Positions 41,324 through 54,135 of a stretch of DNA of 64,000 bases are shown here, piece after piece; position 1 is the first letter of the stretch; each line of letters begins with the position of its first letter. The DNA comes from Octopus vulgaris (Eukaryota). Under the pieces are notes generated by a model, which did not search any database, had not been told where the DNA came from, and was given only the letters and a program-made list of their open reading frames with translations. The stretch is taken from contig OX597818.1 in assembly GCA_951406725.2 (NCBI GenBank), positions 53,692,001 through 53,756,000 on the forward strand, read 5' to 3'. A program made the translations under genes and the position numbers.

Positions 41324-41520
41324 AATAGAATAGTGTCATATTATGTGAAATTGGTTGAATGATATTTCGGCATCTAGCGTGCCTTCCACGGGTTCAAAGA
41401 TTACATGTCAGTCTAACAAAAAATGAAGTAGACTGTCATGTAATTTTTGAAGCTGTGGAAGGCACGCTAGATGCCGAAATATCATTCAACCAATTTCACA
41501 TGATATGGCACTCTTCTATT
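41324..41520. repeat. Inverted repeat with 92-bp arms, 13-nt spacer and 7 mismatches, carrying hammerhead-like motifs
   Basis: Arms 41324-41415 and 41429-41520 are reverse complements by manual alignment. Confidence 0.92.
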
Positions 41521-41527
41521 CATTATT

Positions 41528-41558
<31 letters not shown>

Positions 41559-41584
41559 TTATTTTTATTATTATTATTTTTATG

Positions 41585-42110
<526 letters not shown>

Positions 42111-42129
42111 ATATAATTATTATAATATA

Positions 42130-42191
<62 letters not shown>

Positions 42192-42202
42192 CATCATCAT
42201 CA

Positions 42203-42233
<31 letters not shown>

Positions 42234-42241
42234 CATCATCA

Positions 42242-42275
<34 letters not shown>

Positions 42276-42932
42276 CGAATATGATCCCTCAGATGATATT
42301 TCTAGCCTCCAACGCCATAAACATATAAAGCTATACAGTTCATTGATGGGGGAATAGTAAAAAGTGATACCAGCCTTGATTTTGAGAGAGTCAGATATAA
42401 ATAGAACGATGAAGATAACAAGAGTAGACAGGAAAAAAATATAAGCAGAAAAGAAAGTCGAGGAAGTTTGAAATAGATAAGAAGAGAGAATAGAAGAATT
42501 AGAGGAAAATGTTCATTAAAGATTCCATTTGACACAAAATACTCAGAAGACACATAAAAAAACTTTCTGTAAAAATGCTTTGCAAATAGATGAAAGATAG
42601 AAATATAAAGAAATATAAAGAATATCAAAGTGATAAAATATCTGTAGAAGATGTTTGAATCTTATTCTTTGTATAAGTTGATATAGATATGAAATTGTAT
42701 GCGCACATGTGCGTATGTATAGCTTTAATACTTGGCATACATGAGAATCTGTACGTAGTGATATAGTTGACTGAGTCACAAACAGAATGTATAATTTTCA
42801 AAAACAATACCATTTCTAGTACCTAAAGTGTGTTTCCAGACAACAGTTGCTCTTAATGTTGTGTTACCTTCATATTCAACACAGGCATACATGCATACAT
42901 GCATTTATATACACACATCTATACATAAATAC

Positions 42933-43265
42933 ATGATGGCTGCCCCCTCGTTATCAAGTATGGCCATTGCACGAAGCTTAACTGTTACTGGTTCTGTGAT
43001 CGAATGTGACTTTTTAGCCCGGCTAAAGATCTACAATGTCTTGTACAGAATTGGCAACTAATACCTTTACCGGTAATAGCTGGCTGTAGTTGTAACTGGG
43101 CTTCATGTACCTTTGCATGTCGTTTAAGTCCTCCTGCCGAATTACACTCTCTTCCACATGGCAAAGGAACTCTTCAGAGTCAACGGCCATCCAATAAATG
43201 TCTTAAGGCTGTATCATACGCGAGGACATAGAAATAATCGGACTGAATACCCGATCGCGCGGTTA
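42933..43265 (-). mobile_element. RTE-clade LINE 3' end (zinc finger)
   Basis: CQFCTRHCRSLAGLKSHIRS; 3' end near-identical to 58321-58448. Confidence 0.75.
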
Positions 43266-44202
43266 AAACATACATACATACATACATACATACATACATA
43301 CATACATACATACATACATACATACATACATACATACATACAAAAATACCCTGCTGTTGATTTTAAAATTCCAATGAAGGTGCCTTGGATCAAGGTTAGA
43401 AACCGGTTCTTTCTCTCTTGGCAAGAAATCTTAAAGTAAACTGAATAATGACATACATACATACATACACATACACACATACATACAAACATATGTATAT
43501 ACATACGTATAAACATATAAACATACATATGCATACATACATACATACATACATACATACATACATGCATGAGAGCATACATACAAATTTACATACGTAC
43601 GTATATACATACACACAAACATACGTACGTACGTATTTGCATACATACGTGCATGCAAATATACATACATACACACATACATACACACATACATATAAAC
43701 ATATAAATACATGTATGTATATAGGGATGTTCCAGCATGGCCGCAGTCACATGATTGAAATAAGTAAAAAAATATAATGAGTTTAATTTGAAATTATATC
43801 CGGTCTCCAATGTTATTTGCCTTTAAGCAACTCAACTTGACTTTATATCATTTCAACGTCACATCTCTCAATCTGTCAGTATTTTATATCCTAGCAAATG
43901 AAAGCTTTCTCAACCTCTACATCCCAATATGATTACTACTGATATTTCATTCATTTTCTAATACAATTCCCCTACAATGCTTGACAGTATCAATAACCAA
44001 ATATTAAAGACTAAATTGTCCTGTTATTGCAACAGCAATGTAAATACATATACGTTGTTATTCATTTCCTGTATCATTTTAGCCGTTAAAATGAACCATC
44101 GATTAAATATGCATATTGCGATGTGCTTGGGTTATGCTAGGCTATTCGAAACGTGCGTAAGCTAAATAAATCGTTGATAATTCATCTTCATTCTTTAGGT
44201 TT

Positions 44203-44234
<32 letters not shown>

Positions 44235-45304
44235 TGTATGTATGTATGTATGATGTGTATGTATGTATGTATGTATGTATGTATGTATGTATGTATGTAT
44301 GTATGTATGTATGTATGTATGTGTGTGTGTATGTATGTATGTATGTATGTATTAGTTTCTTTTTTACTTGTGAAACTTTCTCCTTTTATAGCTTCATCAG
44401 AGGAAGGAGAGGAAATTCCCACGGCTTTTCTAGATTGGTGGAATGTAAATTACCAAAGAGCGGAGACTTGGTCTTTATACTTCCAACAGAGTGAATTCCA
44501 TGACAATTAGCCAAAGAGGAGAATAGACTATATGAGTCGTCCTTCTCAGTGCAAATGAAGGTAACTCGACTCAGCAGTGAATCGAAACCAAATAGCTGTT
44601 TCCAGCAAATCGAGTGCTTACCTTCTGCTCTACACCACTGGTCTCAACGCTGACTATGGCGTTGGCTGTCTTTCAGGGGTAATTTAATCCTAAACAACAA
44701 CAACAAAAGAGGCAACAACAACAACAACGACATTAGTAAAAAAATTACTACAATTAGAGCACGTAGTTGCCAGGAGCAACGTTAAAAGGCGTTTGCCACT
44801 CCAACATATAAATGCTATTATCTCCAACTACGTAATAAACACAGGCCGGATATGAAATATCACTCACCTGCTTATTTTATCAAGCAGCGCTATTAGGTTA
44901 ACTTTCTATTGCCTGAACCACTGCTTGCTATCTACGAAATATCTGACATATCTAATCTAAATCAGACTACCTACTGAACAGAATATACTGATATCACAAT
45001 GTTTTATTATATTATGTATCCATTGCATGCATCTTATAGTTTCTATGTACACAGGTGCGGTTCTGTGTCTGTTCCTCGTGACGTAAATGGAACAAGATAT
45101 ACACTGATTTCTCTCAGCTTGAATAATGATTCTATTTTCTAATTTACCTTCTCAACAAATATCTTATTTATTAGTTTGGTTGCAATAACTAATCCTTATT
45201 CTGATATCTGTTCTTTATGCTTTGTGAAAATGTATTTATATTTCCAAACCATCTTTATTGCGTTTTTAAATTTTCATTTTCATTCTCGTCGGCCACTATA
45301 ATTT

Positions 45305-45529
45305 ATATTTTTTTTATTGCCCACAAGGGCCTAAACATAGAAGGGACAAACAAAGACAGACAAAGGGATTAAGTCGATTACATCGTCCCCAGTACGTAAC
45401 TGGTACTTTATTTATCGGATGAAAGGCAAAGTCGACCTCGGCGGAATTTGAACTCAGAATGTAACGGCAGACGAAATACGGCTACGCATTTCACCCGGCG
45501 TGCTATCGTTTCTGCCAGCTCGCCGCCTT
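45305..45529 (-). mobile_element. SINE-A monomer
   Basis: Flanking ggc(c/t)actataatttat duplication. Confidence 0.88.
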
Positions 45530-46199
45530 CCTGGGCTACTATAATTTATTACAACTTAAAATGTTTATTAAATTCAAATGTTAATTTCAAAGTGTTAATT
45601 AAGGCTATTGCAAACTATTATACTTCTAACGAAATTGAAATACTAATAATTTAAATATATTAAACTAGGCTTAATCTACTAATTTCATTAATTAATCTTA
45701 AATATAAAAGACTATAGCAGAATGTTACATTTGCGTTAAACACAATGGGATTCCTCAAAACCCAGAAATATAGAATAGACTAACAGGGGCCTTTTGAAAT
45801 GCATGAAATGGACCTTTTAAAATATGAATACCATTAGAGCATTGGTTTAAGAACTAATCTCTTCGAGTGATTAATTCTTAAAATGTGGGAAATTGACTCC
45901 ACTTTTCTTTGAGTATTGCTAACAATTGCTGCTAGGTTCTTGTCTTCGTTCTCCAGGGTGAGTTATTTCAATTAATTAGGAACCGTTGCGTCCGACATTC
46001 AGTACAACCCCTTTAATTTAATTATACAAAATAATTATGTTGCTTTGTTCGAACAAAGTTCAGATTTTATTGTTTCAATTGTTTTACTGGGACTGACAAA
46101 GAACGTTTATTAATTGGGTATTTTGTTTGAAGGTCACTCAGTTAATTTTGATGTCGATATATACAGTTTATATTTTAGAGTTTGTATTGCATTGGTTTG

Positions 46200-46680
46200 T
46201 GGAGGCGCGTGGCTTAGTGGTTAGGGTGTCAGTATCAGGATTGTAAGATTGTGGTTTCGATTCCTGGACCGGGGAAAACACTTCATTTCACATTGCTCCA
46301 GTCCACTCAGCTGGCAAAAATGAGTACGCTGCAATGGATTGGTGTCCCGTCCAGCTGAGGAACATAAACGCCATTGAAACTAGGAAACTGGGCCCATGAG
46401 CCTGGCTAGGCTTTAAAAAGGCACATTTGTGGAGGCACGTGGCTTAGAGGTTAGGGTGTCAGCATCATGATTGTAAGATTGTGGTTTCGATTCCTGGACC
46501 GGGCGACGCATTGTGCTCTTGAGCAAAACACTTCATTTCACGTTGCTCCAGTCCACTCAGCTGGCAAAAATGAGTAACGCTGCGATGGACTGGTGTCCCG
46601 TACAGCTGGGGAACACATACGCCACAGAAACCAGGAAACCGGGCCCATGAGCCTGAATAGGCTTTAAAAGGGCGCATTTG
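46200..46680 (+). mobile_element. Head-to-tail pair of SINEs with head E and tail D
   Basis: Two units begin ggaggc(g/a)cgtggcttag at about 46201 and 46431. Confidence 0.9.
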
Positions 46681-46714
46681 TTTATTTTACTATTGCATTA
46701 GTTTAGAAATATAG

Positions 46715-47080
46715 GTTTCAGATTTTAGCATAAGCTCAGCAATTTGTGGGGAGGAGTAAGCTGATTCCATCGACTCCAGTGCTCAACTGGTATTTATTTT
46801 ATCGACCCCGAAAAGATGAAAGGTAAAGTCGACCTGGGCGGAATTCGATATAGCGGTACATAAAAACGTACGATATACCTATTTCTTTACTACCCACAAG
46901 GGGCTAAACACAGAGAGGACAAACAAGGACAGACTAACGGATCAAGTTGATTATATCGACTCCAGTACGTAACTGGTACTTAATTTATCGACCCCAAAAG
47001 GATGAAAGGCAAAGTCGACCTCGGCGGAATTTGAACTCAGAGCATAACGGCAGACGAAATACCGCTAACGTTTCTGCCAG
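46715..47080 (-). mobile_element. Young SINE-A unit fused at the usual junction to an older copy with alternative tail
   Basis: Minus-strand aagaaata|ggtatatcg at about 46879. Confidence 0.8.
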
Positions 47081-47249
47081 TTTCGAAATATAGGAACGAA
47101 AGATTTTTCGTTGAAATTGAAAAGCCTTTCGCTTTCTACTGAAATTATTTCTTTAATCAATACCTTCAGTAACTAAAGAAGCGATTGTGGCGAGGAAGAG
47201 GATAAAGGTGAGGGTGATTGAAAGTAATGAGGCACTTAGGACTGCCATG

Positions 47250-47520
47250 AGCCCTAGAACTCATAAGATCGAAGCCCAACTCGGTTTCCATGGCGATTAG
47301 TTGTTGAGATTTTAACACTTCCCGCTTGAACGGGACGCTAGACTGTCGCAGGGTTAACTCACCAGCTACTGCTGCAAATTATTTTACACCTGATTGAACT
47401 GACGCAATGTGAAATGAAGTGTTTTGCCCAAGAAAACAATGCACCATCTGGTCCGGGAAACGAAACCAAGATCTTATGACTGTGAGTGCCTCACCCTAAC
47501 CACTTTGCTACGCAACCGCA
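47250..47520 (-). mobile_element. Old SINE with head E and D-like tail
   Basis: Reverse complement agtggttagggtg..gggcaaaacacttcatttcacattgc..ccctgcgacagtctagcgtcccgttc. Confidence 0.65.
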
Positions 47521-48290
47521 TTGAGATTGATGAGAAAGATGGGAAGAAAGAAGTGTAAGAAGCAATTATATAAATACATTTCTGATAAACCTTTTTGTTT
47601 TTTATTACTATAAAATACTATTACAGCAGTTCTTGTATTTTTATACTTTTTACATTTCCGAAACCACAACTATTGTTATTCTCGACTTAGATCATCGCTA
47701 TTCAAACCACCGTGACCATTCGCATTTGCTTTACTAATTAAAAGGTGTACTTAAAGTGAGATTTTACCGCTATTTCTTGCAATTCGAACGAACTCTCTCC
47801 CGTCCCGTAAAAAGGCTCTCTCCTGACCCGTAATAAAGTTCTCTCCTTAAAAGGTGGAGTTCAAGTGAGATTTTACCGCTATTTCTTGTAAAAAGTCTCT
47901 CTCCTGTCCCATAAATGGTAGTCTTCAAAGCAAGTATAAATTTCTAATGTTTTCTCCAAAAAAGAATTGAATTTACATCTGTTAAGGACAGGAATTGGAA
48001 AACTTTAGCCCCTTTTTTATATTTTTCTTTTTCTTTTAAGTCTTTGATATACGATCTTACCCCGAAATTCACTTTCTGCTCTTTTGAAAACTCAGGTATT
48101 TATATTTCTGTAATTTTCCCAGTGTTTAAAGAAATTAATCCACATCTGTTAAATTTATCACGATGAACTTACATTTTATTTCATAAACAAATAAAAGAAT
48201 TAGGTCAGTTATATGTAAATCATTTGTTTCGTAGTTTTGTGCGAATTTTAAATATAATCGAGCGCTTAGACTTTTATAGCCTCATTGCGT

Positions 48291-48673
48291 GGAGGCGCAA
48301 TGGCCCAGTGGTTAGGGCAGCGGACTCGCGGTCCTAAGATCGCGGTTTCGATTCCCAGACCGGGCGTTGTCAGTGTTTATTGAGCGAAAACACCTAAAGC
48401 TCCACGAGGCTCTGGCAGGGGATGGTGGTGATCCCTGCTGTACTCTTTCACCACAACTTTCTCTCACTCTTACTTCCTGTTTCTGTTGTACCTGTATTTC
48501 AAAGGGCCGGCCTTGTCACTCTCTGTGTCACGCTGAATATCCCCGAGAACTACGTTAAGGGTACACGTGTCTGTGGAGTGCTCAGCCACTTACACGTTAA
48601 TTTCACGAGCAGGCTGTTCCGTTGGTCGGATCAACCGGAACCCTCATCGTCGTAACCGACGGAGTGCTTCCAC
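48291..48673 (+). mobile_element. SINE head C and tail C, full length with 15-bp TSD
   Basis: TSD atagcctcattg(c/t)gt. Confidence 0.92.
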
Positions 48674-49921
48674 ATAGCCTCATTGTGTACGTAAGATCTG
48701 CAGGAAAGATCATCAGAGACTGTAGCGACTTTGAAAGTTTTAAGTGACTTTAGAATAAGAGGTACAAGACTGTTTCCTTGACGGGGTCAATAATTGCTAA
48801 ATTGAGCTGCAGAAAAAAGGTAAACATTTACTGATCTCTAGTAAGGAAAATTTTCGATGTATTTGTTTTATCGAGGCTGAGTAGGCTTAACTAGAGGTTT
48901 CTATTATGCACAATCGTATTTTGAAAGTATAAGGATATTCTTTATCTTTCTTAAGAACCGTTACTGTCGTTGACTCAAATGATGTAGATTATGTGGGTCG
49001 TCGGCTGTTGGTGGGCGAGAAATAGGAGATGGAAGTCATACATCTTGATAGTTGCTAAACGCGAATTATTATCTAAAGTTAGGTTAAAATCACAAGTTAT
49101 TTAGTACATTTTAGTAGAAAAAAAAACATGTATATTTCCATTAAAATCCCTAGTGAATTGTCATTAAATTTATTCAGTAGCGTATTAGTATGTCTATTTA
49201 TTTAAGTTTCTAAAATATTGTTTATTCATGGGAATTATTATTTCTAGAAAAAACTTAGTTTTTTTAATGATTTTATGAATATATAATTGTTAAATTTTGT
49301 TCAGGCTTAAGAAAATGCTGTAACAAGATTTCAAACTTTTGTGTTTGTTTTTTGAAATAAACATTTAGATTATGTAAGATTATTATATGTTTCATTATTA
49401 TAATTTTAGATTATGTTGATAACTCTCAATTCGATGTTTAACACAAATAATTTTAATGTTTGCCTTTATCTACACATTTTAGATATACGTAGCTTAGTGG
49501 TTAGCGATGTTAGGCTCACGATCATAAGGTCGTGGGATCGATTCCCGTCGTGCCTATGAGCAAGGTACTTCATTTTACGTGACTCAACTGAAAGTACCTA
49601 CCAGAGTAGTATACACACATAGTTTTCCTGTATGTCTCCACTGTCCTGTTTTTGTTCCTATGTTTGACCCTCCATAAATCCAAAATTTAATTTTAGTATT
49701 TATAAGAGCAACTGTCTTCGAAGACTCGTTTTGTCGTTGGTTGCTCGAAATGGGGAGTAGATAGACCGACGACAACTGATGAAGGTTAGTTCTATGTATT
49801 CTTTATGTTACGTGTCCTGTTTTCCATTTTTTACTCTCGTTATTTGCGTATTTAACTCATTTGTTTTCATATTTCCTGTTGTTTACTTTGGTGACGTCCT
49901 GTACCCATATATGCATATATA

Positions 49922-49953
<32 letters not shown>

Positions 49954-50151
49954 CTCAACACCAATAAAGTAAAAAGAAAATGCAAAAGTCTTTTCTTTAA
50001 CGATGATATATCGAGTAATGCTGAATATACATACGTTTATCAACTTGGGTCTATCTATGAATTGACGCTGGTAACCAACAATGGATTAAATTACAAGCTT
50101 TGTGAGTCGATTTGGTAGACGGAAACTGAAAGAAGCCCGTCGTATATATGC

Positions 50152-50204
<53 letters not shown>

Positions 50205-50207
<3 letters not shown>

Positions 50208-50409
50208 TTGAGTCCTTGATTCGTTGCTTATGCACCCTAACCCGATCTATTACTTTTGATCCTGTTTGGACTACATAATTCACATTGCATTGTGGGTATG
50301 TGATGCAGTGAATGAAATTTGTTGATTTGTAATTCATATTTGCATTAACCCTCCATTCCTTCCCATTCTTCAGTTTTTGGGGTTTTGCCCATTTCACACG
50401 ATGGGGCAA
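50205..50409 (-). mobile_element. Penelope-like GIY-YIG endonuclease fragment
   Basis: NMNYKSTNFIHCITYPQCNVNYVVQTGSKVIDRVRVHKQRIK resembles C.S.N.IY.I.C..C...YVGQT...L..R...H. Confidence 0.8.
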
Positions 50410-50617
50410 GGAGTTTACAAAGGAGTCATGTTATAGTACAGACAAGGTACATAAATGCAAAGAGTGATGGTTTAGGGATGCTGCAAAAAGAACATTTTTT
50501 AAAATTCTGTAGTTTTAGAAATGTATAGTCGATAAAAGACTTTAAACTAAATAATAAATATATAAGTTATACAAAAGAACGTTTAGAGCTGTCGCTCAAA
50601 CAATGGGTGAATTCTCA

Positions 50618-51032
50618 TACTCTCTCTTTTACTTTTTTACATGTTTCAGTCATTTGACTGCGGCCATGCTGGAGCACCGCCTTTAGTCGAGCAGATCGAC
50701 CCCGAGACTTATTCTTTGTAAGCCCAGTACTTATTCTATCGGTCTCTTTTGCCGAACCGCTAAGTGACGGGGACGTAAACACACCAGCATCGGTTGTCAA
50801 GCAATGCAAGGGGTACAAACACTGACACACAAACACATACACATACATACATATACATATATATATACGACAGGCTTCTTTCAGTTTCCGTCTACCAAAT
50901 CCACTCACAAGGCATTGGTCGGCCCGGGGCTATAGCAGAAAACACTTGCCCAAGGTGCCACGCAGTTGGACTGAACCCGGAACCATGTGGTTGGTTAGCA
51001 AGCTACTTACCACACAGCCACTCCTGCGCCTA
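50618..51032 (-). mobile_element. SINE-B full length
   Basis: Complete match to the family. Confidence 0.92.
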
Positions 51033-51049
51033 GGTAATGTTGGGTCAAA

Positions 51050-52210
51050 AATTAGCCAACATTTCTTTCCCCCTGCCATTGTTTGTGCAGGAGTCTTGAG
51101 CAGTCAAATGCATCTCCGAACATAGGAGCACTCCGTCGGTTACGACGACGAGCGTCCCAGCTGAAATGATCAACAGAACAGCCTGCTCGTGAAATTAACG
51201 TTCAAGTGACTGAGCAATCCACAAACACGTGTACTCCTAACGTAGTTCACAGGGAGATTCAGCGTGACACAGAGTGGGACAAGGCCGACCCCTTTGAAAT
51301 TACAGGTACAACTCACTTTTGCCAGCTGAGTGGACTGGAGCAACGTGAAATAAAGTGTCTCGTTCAAGAACACAACGCGTCGCCGGAAATCGAACTCACG
51401 ACATTACAATCATGAGCCAAATGCCCTAACCACTATGCCACGCGCCTTCACATCTGCCTGGGATAAAGCACGTTCTCTAGATTACTCTGCTTCCACTTAT
51501 GGCTATATTGTACTATTTATTTTTTTTTTACTAAGAGCCACTCATCTAAGGCTTTTCTGTATTCCGGCGCTAATTGGTTTTCTGTGATTGTCATTACAAT
51601 GCAATCTCTTATCCCACAATCGTGGATATTGTCGACGTGTAATCTTTTATGCCCAGGAAACACCACTTCATCTAATAATAGCTTCTTTTATTAATACAAA
51701 GCATTGTACGAGGGATATTACAAGGACATTTTGCGAAAGTAGTGGGCGGATGATGATGAGCTTTCATGATAATCATGTTGATTATTATTGCCTTGTTTGG
51801 CGCGCATCGTTGCTGTAAGATTATAATACTTCTTTGGATATACCGATCTAAGTCACTGACCAATGAATCAACTTCAAATAAAAGGATGCACTTATTCCAT
51901 AAAGCAAAGCCAAAAATTTTTCATAGGTGTGGTACATATGAAGGCGGCGAGCTGGCAGAATCGTTAGCACGCCGGGCGAAATGCGTAGCCGTATTTCGTC
52001 TGTCGTTACGCTGTGAGTTCAAATTCCGCCGAGGTCGACTTTGCCTTTCATCCTTTCGGGGTCGATAAATTAAGTACCAGTTACGCACTGGGGTCGATGG
52101 AATCGATTTAATACCTATGTCTGTCCTTGTTTGTCCCCTCTGTGTTTAGCCCCTTGTGGGTAATAAAGAAATAGGTACATATGACCAGCAAGAAAAGGAA
52201 CATAATAATG
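51050..52210 (+). repeat. Diverged copy of a three-copy segment, interrupted by SINEs at 51125-51450 and 51942-52173
   Basis: Shares gtattccggcgctaat, ctaataatagct, gtgggcggatga and cactgaccaatgaatc with 59135-59563 and 62120-62685. Confidence 0.75.
51125..51450 (-). mobile_element. SINE with head E and tail C
   Basis: Head as at 46430; tail ttgtacctgta..tgtgtcacgctgaat..cgtcgtaaccgacggagtgc as at 23555. Confidence 0.88.
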
Positions 52211-52230
52211 CGTGTGTGTGTGTGTGTGTA

Positions 52231-52280
<50 letters not shown>

Positions 52281-52484
52281 TGTGTACATGTACATATACA
52301 TTCTATTTCTTTACTACCCACAAGGGGCTAAACGCAGAGGGAATAAACAAGGACAGACAAATGGATTAAGTCGATTATATCGACCCCAGTGCGTAACTGG
52401 TACTTATTTAATTGACCCCCGAAAAGATGAAAGACAAAGTCGACCTCGGCGGAGTTTGAACTCAGAACGTAAAGACAGGCGAAA
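51942..52484. mobile_element. Two SINE-A copies in inverted orientation (51942-52173 plus; 52304-52484 minus)
   Basis: TSDs ggtacatatga and atgtacatatacattc. Confidence 0.9.
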
Positions 52485-52792
52485 ATGTACATATACATTC
52501 ATACACAAATTAAACAGGACACAAATCAGTAGCTCCAGTTCTCTGACCCTATAAAATTTGATGAGTATATTAAACGGATTCGCTACTTGTTCCTGGGATT
52601 GGTCAAGTGATGTAGACGCTTTTGAAGAGTCACCATAAGGTGACAATCAATTGAGGCCGTTTATCATTTTATTCAACCTACGGAGAAACAAGTAAAATTT
52701 ACATTCTTCTACGTCAAATACATACGTCTACAAACACATTTACTCTGCATATTGTGAAAGGGAGTAAATCATCAAGCAACAATATAATTCAT

Positions 52793-53360
52793 GTTTCTTT
52801 CTTAGCCACACAGGGCTGCACACAGACGGGACCGATTACAAAGTAGAGCTTTTCTTTTTGGGGAGAAAAGAAAAAGAAAAAAAGTGGGGTAGGTTTTCGA
52901 TCAAAAGGGATCGTAAAAGGGAAAGAAAAGAAAAAGAAAAAACCATCAATAGGGATCGTGTATTACAGAAATGTCATGATGTAAAGTGTAAAGGGGGAGC
53001 AGATAAAGTTTATCCGTGAAAAGAAAAGCCTACGGAAAAGACCACGGTAACCTCGGTCAATAATGTCACATGTTAACACATTTGTTTGCAAGTAGGTAAC
53101 CCTCTGTTTTAAATTTTTCCGGGTTCATAGGATTATGCTCAAGGTGGCTTCGTCATTCATACATGCCATACTTGCTACATTCACCCACCCATCTTGTTTT
53201 GAAACATTCGCTAGACAAAACTTGCCTCCCTACTCTCACTTTCCTTTTCAAGTGATACTTGAAGAAATTGATGAGAGATTGACCAGAGAGGTAATTGTTT
53301 GTCTCTAATCCTTTCAGAAGCGTCCAGCAGATACATTCTTTCGCCATAGCCACAGTATGA
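52793..53360 (-). mobile_element. L1/Tx1-like LINE 3' end
   Basis: AKECICWTLLKG..FFKYHLKRKVRV.RQVLSSECFKTRW resembles the AK..IW..R...F...W C-terminus; same 3' UTR as 37931. Confidence 0.7.
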
Positions 53361-53999
53361 TTCAATGGACTTAATAGGAACACAATGAAAAATTAAACTT
53401 ATAAACACTGAGCTCCCGTAAATAAAGATTGGCATTTCATGATCAAATAGAAAATGAGCAAAAAAATTCTCACCTAGTAGGCAATGTCGAATACGATGGC
53501 TCACAACATATAGCCTTTTACTGGTTGTAAGTTTCTGAAGAATATTGTAATGACCATTCAAAACATTGTATGTCCCAAATAAAAACCAAAACCACAACTT
53601 TTTTCTTTCATCAAAAGCCAGCCTTTCTGCAGAAATAGTTGCATGACAAACAGACGAAATTTAGCAGATTTGAAAATTTGCTTAAAAGTCTACTGTAAAA
53701 ACTTATAGCTCTCGATCTGTAGTGCCTGATGAGAGTACTGGCACCATACATATAGCTCAGCTTGCAATGTCTGTACGTGGAGAAGTCGTTGGTATTTCTT
53801 TGGTGAAGAGTTTGTTGGAATAGTACCTATCAAGGGTGCTAAAATACGAATGGATATTCCCAAAGTATTGGTCCCGTGTATTATAAATATGAATCTGTTC
53901 TTATTAAAACAAGTGTCTATAACAATCGATGTAGCATCGGCAATGGTAAACATGCTTAAGGATTGCGGCTATGCTGGAAAAGCAATGGAGAGCCTTGTA

Positions 54000-54135
54000 T
54001 CAAACAGGTGATAGCGCAAAAGAGCAAACTCAGAACTATATGGAGGTTGCTCCAATACGACAAATCCGAGTTTCTGGAGGATTTCAACAGTGAGTAAAGT
54101 AGAAGAGGATTGGCAATTTCATGTCATAACACAGC
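54000..54135 (-). mobile_element. Mariner transposase relic (catalytic region)
   Basis: VL*HEIANP / TLLTVEILQKLGFVVLEQPPYSSEFALLRYHLF resembles LLHDNARPH..T...LQKLG..VL.HPPYSPDLAP.DYHLF. Confidence 0.8.

Noticed and set aside
43371-43410. Hammerhead-like ccaaugaagg..GAAACCGGUU; also GAAACAUAUAUGUC at about 6306 and GAAACAGCUGUA at about 56434
   Set aside because: A palindromic stem III is present, but no intact CUGANGA box or stem I.
47740-47912. Short direct repeats (aagtgagattttaccgctatttcttg twice; ctctcc.g.ccc.taa three times)
   Set aside because: Small local duplications with no further structure.
53380-53960. Possible host exon or Harbinger-like nuclease relic (CHATISAERLAFDERKKLWF)
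   Set aside because: The motif similarity is too weak, there are multiple stops and no clear splice sites.
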